Source: an uncultured Acidobacteriota bacterium (GTDB lineage: Bacteria > Acidobacteriota > Thermoanaerobaculia > Gp7-AA8). From it: a DNA stretch of 64,000 nt. Positions 58,378 to 64,000 of this stretch are shown here, one piece after another. Location: NCBI GenBank assembly GCA_963741955.1, contig CAVUKB010000006.1, forward strand, positions 160,001 to 224,000. The letters run 5' to 3'. The notes under the pieces were generated by a model that saw nothing but the letters and a program-made list of their open reading frames with translations, ran no database searches and was not told the DNA's origin. A program made the translations under genes and the position numbers. The first letter of the stretch is position 1. Each line of letters starts with the position of its first letter.

Positions 58378-61300
58378 GGCGCGGCCTCCGTCGATCCGGA
58401 CATCACCGGGGACGTCCACTGCTCGCCAGCCGGCGTCGTCTCGAGATCTGCTGCGAACCTCTTGCGGTCGAGCAGAGAATAGATCACCGGAATCACGATC
58501 AGAGTGAGCGCCGTCCCGACGGTCAAGCCGCCGATCACGGTGATCGCGAGTGGAGCGCGAAGCTCCGCGCCATCACCCAGCCCGAGCGCCATCGGGAGAA
58601 GCCCGAGGATGGTGGTCGCCGAGGTCATCAGAATCGGCCGCAGCCGGTTGCTTCCGGCCTGGATCAGCGCGTCGCGTTTCGGCAGTCCGCTCTTCCTCAG
58701 CTGATTCACCGCGTCGATCATCACGATCGCGTTGTTCACCACGATTCCTGCGAGCATCACGATTCCGATCATCGCGACGATGCTCACCGTGCGGCCGGTC
58801 AGCGCGAGCGCTCCGACCACACCGATCGCGCCGAGCGGGAAGGTGAAGATGATCACGAAGGGATGGAGGAGCGATTCGAACTGAGAGGCCATCACCAGGT
58901 ACACCAGGAACAGCGCGAGGCCGACCGCGAAGAGCAGCGATCGGATGGAGCGCTGCATCTCCTCTTCCTGTCCGCTCAGGGACGCGGTGGTTCCGGCCGG
59001 AAGAGGAGTGGCGGCGATCATCGCGCGGACGTCCGCGGCGACTGCACCCATGTCGCGGCCGGAAAGGTTTCCGGAGACCACGGCTGCGCGCTTCTGGCCG
59101 ATGCGGCGGATCTCCGTCGGTCCTTCCGCGGTGCTCACTTCGGCGACGGAGTCGAGGTACATGGGACGGCCCTCGCGTTCTCCGATGATCAGGTTCTTCA
59201 CTTCATCGACCGAGGCGGCTCCTTTCTCTACCGAGCGCACCACGATGTCGATCTCGCGGTCGCCCTGCGTGAACCGCGTCGCGGTCTCTCCCTGGATCTT
59301 GTTCCGTACCGTTGCGGCGACCTGGGAGAGGTCGAGTCCGAAATTCGCGAGCTGCTCGCGATTGAATCGGATCTGAAGCTCCGGGTTCCCGAGCTCCGCA
59401 CTCGTTTTCACGTCGACCAGTCCGGGGATCTTTTCCATCTTCGCCCGGAGGGCGCGCGAAACCTGATGAAGCTCGTCGAGATCGTCACCGTAGATCTCCA
59501 CCTCGATCGGAGTACGGAACGTGAAGTACGTCGGCCGCTCCACCTTGAAGCTTCCGATACCGGAGCTCTCGAGCCGTTCGCGGAGGAGCGCGACCACCGC
59601 CTCCTCGTCGTCGCTGGTCGCTCCGTGTTTCATCTGCACCTGGATGCGCGCGCTGTTCTCACCCTCCGTCCCGGTGTTCGATAGAGAGAGACCGACGCCG
59701 CCGGAGATGGTCGACCATGATGCGACGTTTTCCTGACCGTCGAGAACGGTCGAGATCCCCTGGATCAGCCGGTCCGTCGACTCGAGAGGGGTTCCCTCCG
59801 GCAGCTCGACGCGGAAGCTGAATTCTCCCTGCGTGAATGCCGGCATCAGGTCGAGGCCGAGGCGAGGCGCCCACGCCGCGGCGGCACCGGCGGTGAGAAG
59901 AACCACGAGAAGGACCGGCCCGCGATGATCGAGGGCCTTTCCGACCAGGATCGGATACGCACCGGAGAGGGCTGCCATCGCACGGTCGAAGAGCCGCGAC
60001 AGGGGACGTACGATGAATGCGACGAAGGCGGACGATCTCACCGCTGCGACTCGGATCCAGCGCACGAGATGAGACGGTCCTCCGGTGAAGATCGCGCGCA
60101 GGACGCGACGCACTTTTCCGGCCGGCCGGATCGGCTCGCCGGAAGGCGCAGCAACGGCGGCACCCGGTGACGACATCAGCGCGGCCATCATCGGGATGAG
60201 CGTCAATGAGACCACCAGTGATGCGATCAACGAGAAGGAGACAGTGAGCGCCTGATCCTTGAAGAGCTGCGCGGCGATTCCTTCGAGGAAGACGACCGGA
60301 AGGAACACCGCGACCGTGGTGAGTGTCGACGCGACCACGGCCATCCCCACTTCCTTCGCACCGTCCATCGCCGACTCGAGCACCCCCATCCCCGCTTCGC
60401 GTTTACGGAAGATCGATTCCAGGACCACGATGGCGTTGTCCACCAGCATTCCCACCCCGAGCGCGAGCCCGCCGAGAGACATGATGTTCAGCGACGTGCC
60501 GGTTCGGTACATCAGGAAGAACGTGGCGATGATCGAGATGGGGATGGAGACTCCGATGATCACCGTGCTTCGCACGTCTTTGAGGAAGAAGAGAAGCACG
60601 ATGATGGCGATGATGCCGCCGAGCACCGCATTGCCGAGCACTTCGTCCACCGCGGAACGGATGAAACGCGACTGATCCACTCCGGTGACGACCTCGATCC
60701 CGGAGGGAAGCTCTTTCTTCACGCGATCGAGCCGGCTCTGAATCGCTCGTGCGACCGAGACGATATTCGCGTCTCCTTCTTTGTACATCGCCAGCTCGAC
60801 CGCTTCCTTCCCGTCGAAGCGGGTGATGACTTCGCGCTGCTTGTGCCCGCGAATCACCGTCGCGACGTCGGACATCTTCACGTTCCGTCCGTCGCGCGCG
60901 ACGAGCACGGTATCCATGATGTCCTGAAGACTCTCGAACTCGTTCCGCGCGCGCACGAGATAGCGCGCCTCCTTTTCATAGAGGCTGCCGCCGGCCTGGT
61001 TGACGTTCTCCCGCCGAAGCTTCTGGTCGACCTCGTCGATCGGAACTCCGAGCAGTGAGAGCTTCCCCTCATCGACCCGGACCTCGATCTCCTCCTCGTA
61101 GCCGCCGTTCACCTTGATCGCCGCGACGCCCTCGGTCGATTCGAGATCCTTCTTGAGCACCTCCTCGGCCACGTAACGGAGCCGGTACAGATTGTCGGTG
61201 CCGGTGACGTAGAGACGGACCACCGGATCGTTGGCCGGATCGAAGCGGAGGATCACCGGCTTGTCGGCTTCCCGCGGGAGGGTCAGCAGATCGAGTTTCT

Positions 61301-61628
61301 GACGAACGTCGAGGGCCGCGAAATCCATGTTGCGGCCCCAGTCGAACTCGAGCGTGACCTGGGAGAGCCCGGGCCGCGAGACGGAGGTCATCCGCTTCAC
61401 CCCGGCGACCACACCGACGGCCTCTTCCACCTGGCGCGAGATGAGAGTCTCCACCTCGCCCGGAGCCGCACCGGTGAAGCGGGTCTCCACGGTGAGGCTG
61501 GGGTAGGAAATGTCGGGCAGAAGATTCATCGGGAGCCGCGTGAATGCGACGATTCCGAAGAGGACGACCGCGACGGCGCACATCGACACCGTCACCCGGC
61601 GCTTCAGTGAAAACTCGATCAGACGCAT
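58374..61628 (-). CDS. RND efflux transporter permease (first subunit)
   Basis: LLPDISYP, SLGGLALGVGMLVDNAIVVLE, MASQFES, RLRPILMT. Confidence 0.96.
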   Translation of the reverse strand: MRLIEFSLKRRVTVSMCAVAVVLFGIVAFTRLPMNLLPDISYPSLTVETRFTGAAPGEVETLISRQVEEAVGVVAGVKRMTSVSRPGLSQVTLEFDWGRNMDFAALDVRQKLDLLTLPREADKPVILRFDPANDPVVRLYVTGTDNLYRLRYVAEEVLKKDLESTEGVAAIKVNGGYEEEIEVRVDEGKLSLLGVPIDEVDQKLRRENVNQAGGSLYEKEARYLVRARNEFESLQDIMDTVLVARDGRNVKMSDVATVIRGHKQREVITRFDGKEAVELAMYKEGDANIVSVARAIQSRLDRVKKELPSGIEVVTGVDQSRFIRSAVDEVLGNAVLGGIIAIIVLLFFLKDVRSTVIIGVSIPISIIATFFLMYRTGTSLNIMSLGGLALGVGMLVDNAIVVLESIFRKREAGMGVLESAMDGAKEVGMAVVASTLTTVAVFLPVVFLEGIAAQLFKDQALTVSFSLIASLVVSLTLIPMMAALMSSPGAAVAAPSGEPIRPAGKVRRVLRAIFTGGPSHLVRWIRVAAVRSSAFVAFIVRPLSRLFDRAMAALSGAYPILVGKALDHRGPVLLVVLLTAGAAAAWAPRLGLDLMPAFTQGEFSFRVELPEGTPLESTDRLIQGISTVLDGQENVASWSTISGGVGLSLSNTGTEGENSARIQVQMKHGATSDDEEAVVALLRERLESSGIGSFKVERPTYFTFRTPIEVEIYGDDLDELHQVSRALRAKMEKIPGLVDVKTSAELGNPELQIRFNREQLANFGLDLSQVAATVRNKIQGETATRFTQGDREIDIVVRSVEKGAASVDEVKNLIIGEREGRPMYLDSVAEVSTAEGPTEIRRIGQKRAAVVSGNLSGRDMGAVAADVRAMIAATPLPAGTTASLSGQEEEMQRSIRSLLFAVGLALFLVYLVMASQFESLLHPFVIIFTFPLGAIGVVGALALTGRTVSIVAMIGIVMLAGIVVNNAIVMIDAVNQLRKSGLPKRDALIQAGSNRLRPILMTSATTILGLLPMALGLGDGAELRAPLAITVIGGLTVGTALTLIVIPVIYSLLDRKRFAADLETTPAGEQWTSPVMSGSTEAAP

Positions 61629-61686
61629 TCGCTTCTCCCGGTCAGCGTGAGTGGTGGCTCGATTCGAGACGAGTGAACTCTGAAAC

Positions 61687-62844
61687 TCAGGTGGCGGGAA
61701 GGATGCGGATCGGCGATCCGTCCTTCAGCCCCCCCTGGCCGGCGACGATCACCTTTTCGCCAGACCTGACCCCCGAAAGGACTTCGACCCGGTCTCCCTC
61801 TTCGATCCCCAGGCTGACGGCGCGTTTTCTCGCGGTGGCCCCGTCGGCGACGAATACATGGGCCTCCTGGAGCTCGCGGATCACCGACTCGCGCGGAAGG
61901 AGGAGTGCCTTCGGGTGCGTCTCACGCACGATGTCGATGGTGACGAACGTGCCCGGACGCACCGCCGCCGGCGGACGGAGAGCGACGACTTTGAGCTTCA
62001 CGGTGCCGGTTGCAGTGTCGACCACGGGGCTGATCTGATCGATCCGACCGTCGAAGCGGATGCGTTCGTCGGCCTTGAGCGTGATTCGCACTTTCCGTCC
62101 CTCGTCGAGACCGAAGACGTCACGCTCCGGAAGGTAGATCCAAGCGATCAGCGGATCGAAATCCGAGAGAGTGAAGAGCTCCGCGCCCGCCGCGACGTGC
62201 TGGCCGAGCTGCACTTTGCGCTCGGTGATCCTTCCGTCGAAAGGAGCGCGGATGATGGTCTTGCCGAGCATCCATTCCGCTTCCGCGAGCTCCTGCTCCG
62301 CCACTTCCTTCTCCATCTTGGCTTTGTCGTAATCGGTCCGGCTCAGGAGGTCCTTCGCAGCCATCTCACTCGCCCGCTGGAACGTGACCCGGGCGTTATT
62401 CGCCTGAACCCGAGCCTTGGTGTACGCGATCTCCGCGTCGTCTTTCGCCAGTCGAACCAGAGGCTGGCCGCGCCGGACCATCGCCCCCTCGTCGACCAGG
62501 AGATCGGAGACCCGCCCGTCCGCTTCGGCGATCACCTTGACCTCCTGGTCGGCAATCAGGTTGGCTGTCGCCGAGAGGTAGGAGGAGACGGGTGCGACGG
62601 CGACGCCGGCGACCTTGACCGGAACCGCTTCCTTTTCCTTCCCGTTGGTCGAACCGTTCTTCCCAGTGGCGGCCGCGGCGGCGGCGCTCGTGTTGTTCGG
62701 ATCGCTCTGCTTTCCGCCGGATCCCTTCATCCAGAACGCGGCTGCGACGGCGATGATCGCGATGAGTGCCACCACGGCCGTCGGAACGAGAATCCGCGGT
62801 CGCATCAACGGTGAATTCATAGGCGCTTCCAGTCGTGCTTCCAT
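61687..62844 (-). CDS. RND periplasmic adaptor (membrane fusion protein)
   Basis: N-terminal TM, lipoyl halves (VDEGAMVRRGQPL, IRAPFDG), ISPVVDTATGT. Confidence 0.95.
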   Translation of the reverse strand: MEARLEAPMNSPLMRPRILVPTAVVALIAIIAVAAAFWMKGSGGKQSDPNNTSAAAAAATGKNGSTNGKEKEAVPVKVAGVAVAPVSSYLSATANLIADQEVKVIAEADGRVSDLLVDEGAMVRRGQPLVRLAKDDAEIAYTKARVQANNARVTFQRASEMAAKDLLSRTDYDKAKMEKEVAEQELAEAEWMLGKTIIRAPFDGRITERKVQLGQHVAAGAELFTLSDFDPLIAWIYLPERDVFGLDEGRKVRITLKADERIRFDGRIDQISPVVDTATGTVKLKVVALRPPAAVRPGTFVTIDIVRETHPKALLLPRESVIRELQEAHVFVADGATARKRAVSLGIEEGDRVEVLSGVRSGEKVIVAGQGGLKDGSPIRILPAT

Positions 62845-63191
62845 CTCAAAACCTCCCGGCCAGGTACTTCCCGGGAGGTATGTACGGATTACGATTCAGA
62901 AAGTTCGCACGGACGAAACGGTGAGTGGTGAGTGAGGGCGGGAGTGGCGTTGGGGGAGCGCGGATCTCGCTTCGGGGGATCCGCCGGCACGATCGGAGGC
63001 TTCGAGATCAGGACAGGCGCCGCGGCTTCCGCCGCGGCCGGCACGGCAGAAGCCATGCCGCCCCACTGGCAAAAGCGACTTGCGCAAGGCTGCGCTTCAA
63101 TGATGCCGGGGAGCGCATGTGCTGCGATCTGCGCGGCGGATTGCGAATCCGCATTCCAGGAACGGAGGAGGGGCGCCGCGGCGAACCGAGG

Positions 63192-63500
63192 CTACTTCTC
63201 GCCGAACATCGTCCGGATCCTCGTTGCGAGGTCCGGATCCGGGATCTCCTCGGCGATCTCCCCCGCAAATGTCCGCAACTGTTCCCGATTCACGTCCGGT
63301 TCGCTGCGAAACCGCCGGCGGAGCACGCTCACGGCGAGTGCGAATTTCGTGGTCGAGAGAGTCGCGAGTCCGGGAAGCTCCGCGAGCAACCGTTCCAGCG
63401 GCCGCTCTTCGAGCATCTTCGCGAACTCGGCCATCTCCAGAAATGTCGCCGCCCGCGTGCCGCGGCGGATCAGAGTCGTGTCCAGCTCTTCCGCGTTCAT
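63192..63500 (-). CDS. Hypothetical helical protein (102 aa)
   Basis: ATGA-coupled to the upstream small ORF. Protein-like amphipathic helices. Confidence 0.7.
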   Translation of the reverse strand: MNAEELDTTLIRRGTRAATFLEMAEFAKMLEERPLERLLAELPGLATLSTTKFALAVSVLRRRFRSEPDVNREQLRTFAGEIAEEIPDPDLATRIRTMFGEK

Positions 63501-63727
63501 TTCCGTTTCCGCGAGCTCTGGTCGCTCTCGTGGCGCCGCTCTTCGGCCTTCTTCTCCATCTCGCTCTTCGATTCCGAGCCCGGCAGCCTCCTCTTTCCTT
63601 CCCGCTGCTCGCGTTCGCGCGTCTTCTCCATCTCCTGCCGGTGAAACTTCTGCACCGTCTCTTCCCCCTGCCGGGTGCTTCCCTTCGTCTTGTATTGATT
63701 CGGATGAACGTTCTTCTTCAGAGTCAT
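63497..63727 (-). CDS. Small, highly charged hypothetical protein (76 aa)
   Basis: GGAGGA RBS, MTLKKNVHPNQYKTKG..., rich in E/K/R. Confidence 0.7.
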   Translation of the reverse strand: MTLKKNVHPNQYKTKGSTRQGEETVQKFHRQEMEKTREREQREGKRRLPGSESKSEMEKKAEERRHESDQSSRKRK

Positions 63728-63806
63728 TGCGTCCTCCCGTGCGAGGGCTGGTTGCCCGTCGTGGCGAAAGATGCGAGGGATATGCCGTTCGCCTGTCTCT
63801 CTCCAA

Positions 63807-64000
63807 TTACGGCTCCTGCGCACCCTCGAACGGCGCTGTCGCGACCCGGAACAGCCCCCACATCACTGCGGCGAGGAGCACCAGGCCGATGAAATTGAAG
63901 TGGTGTGTGCCCCAGAATGCCAGCACGTCCGAGCGCCCCGCCAGCACGATCGGAATCGCCATTCCGATTCCGATGAGCGCTTCGCCGGTGATCAGCCCCG
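63807..64000 (-). CDS. OPT-family oligopeptide transporter, C-terminus (5' part outside window)
   Basis: Hand translation gives GLITGEALIGIGMAIPIVLAG...LVLLAAVMWGLFRVATAPFEGAQEP*. GLITGEAL is a typical OPT C-terminal motif. Confidence 0.8.
   Translation of the reverse strand, partial: GLITGEALIGIGMAIPIVLAGRSDVLAFWGTHHFNFIGLVLLAAVMWGLFRVATAPFEGAQEP

Noticed and set aside
55630-58482. 950-aa plus-strand ORF (and similar long antisense ORFs at 2876-4498, 25672-27414, 48965-50671)
   Set aside because: These are antisense shadows of well-supported genes, expected in high-GC DNA, with no recognisable motifs.

Overview
GC-rich bacterial chromosomal window. Gene content suggests Acidobacteriota, probably Thermoanaerobaculia; this is inference from the family repertoire, not a database result. 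The left ~3.3 kb is decaying accessory DNA: the end of an IS630 element, a gene remnant it abuts, an XRE remnant, a scrambled Rhs/YD-repeat gene and a LuxR remnant. Next is the most interesting locus: ECF sigma factor, then a zinc-finger anti-sigma/TM/TPR/CHAT (caspase-like) fusion, then an unknown 251-aa protein ending in ...GCSNSQFP, then a PAS-LuxR regulator. After that come a REP-containing tandem repeat and an operon encoding cytochrome c, HybA-like and HybB/NrfD-like subunits, a heme-motif sensor kinase, a sigma54 regulator and an archaemetzincin, with no catalytic hydrogenase subunit. An IS1182 element follows. The rest is mostly housekeeping and envelope genes: CDF, DASS, gltA, a SpoIIE phosphatase, RNase E/G, acuI, gluQ, an ECF/anti-sigma/PDZ trio, nudC, an aldo/keto reductase, a 9-heme secreted cytochrome, PAS-GGDEF-EAL with a two-component system, a K-channel-like protein, a two-permease RND pump and the end of an OPT transporter. 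No rRNA, tRNA or CRISPR array was seen. All calls come from reading motifs by eye; no searches were run.
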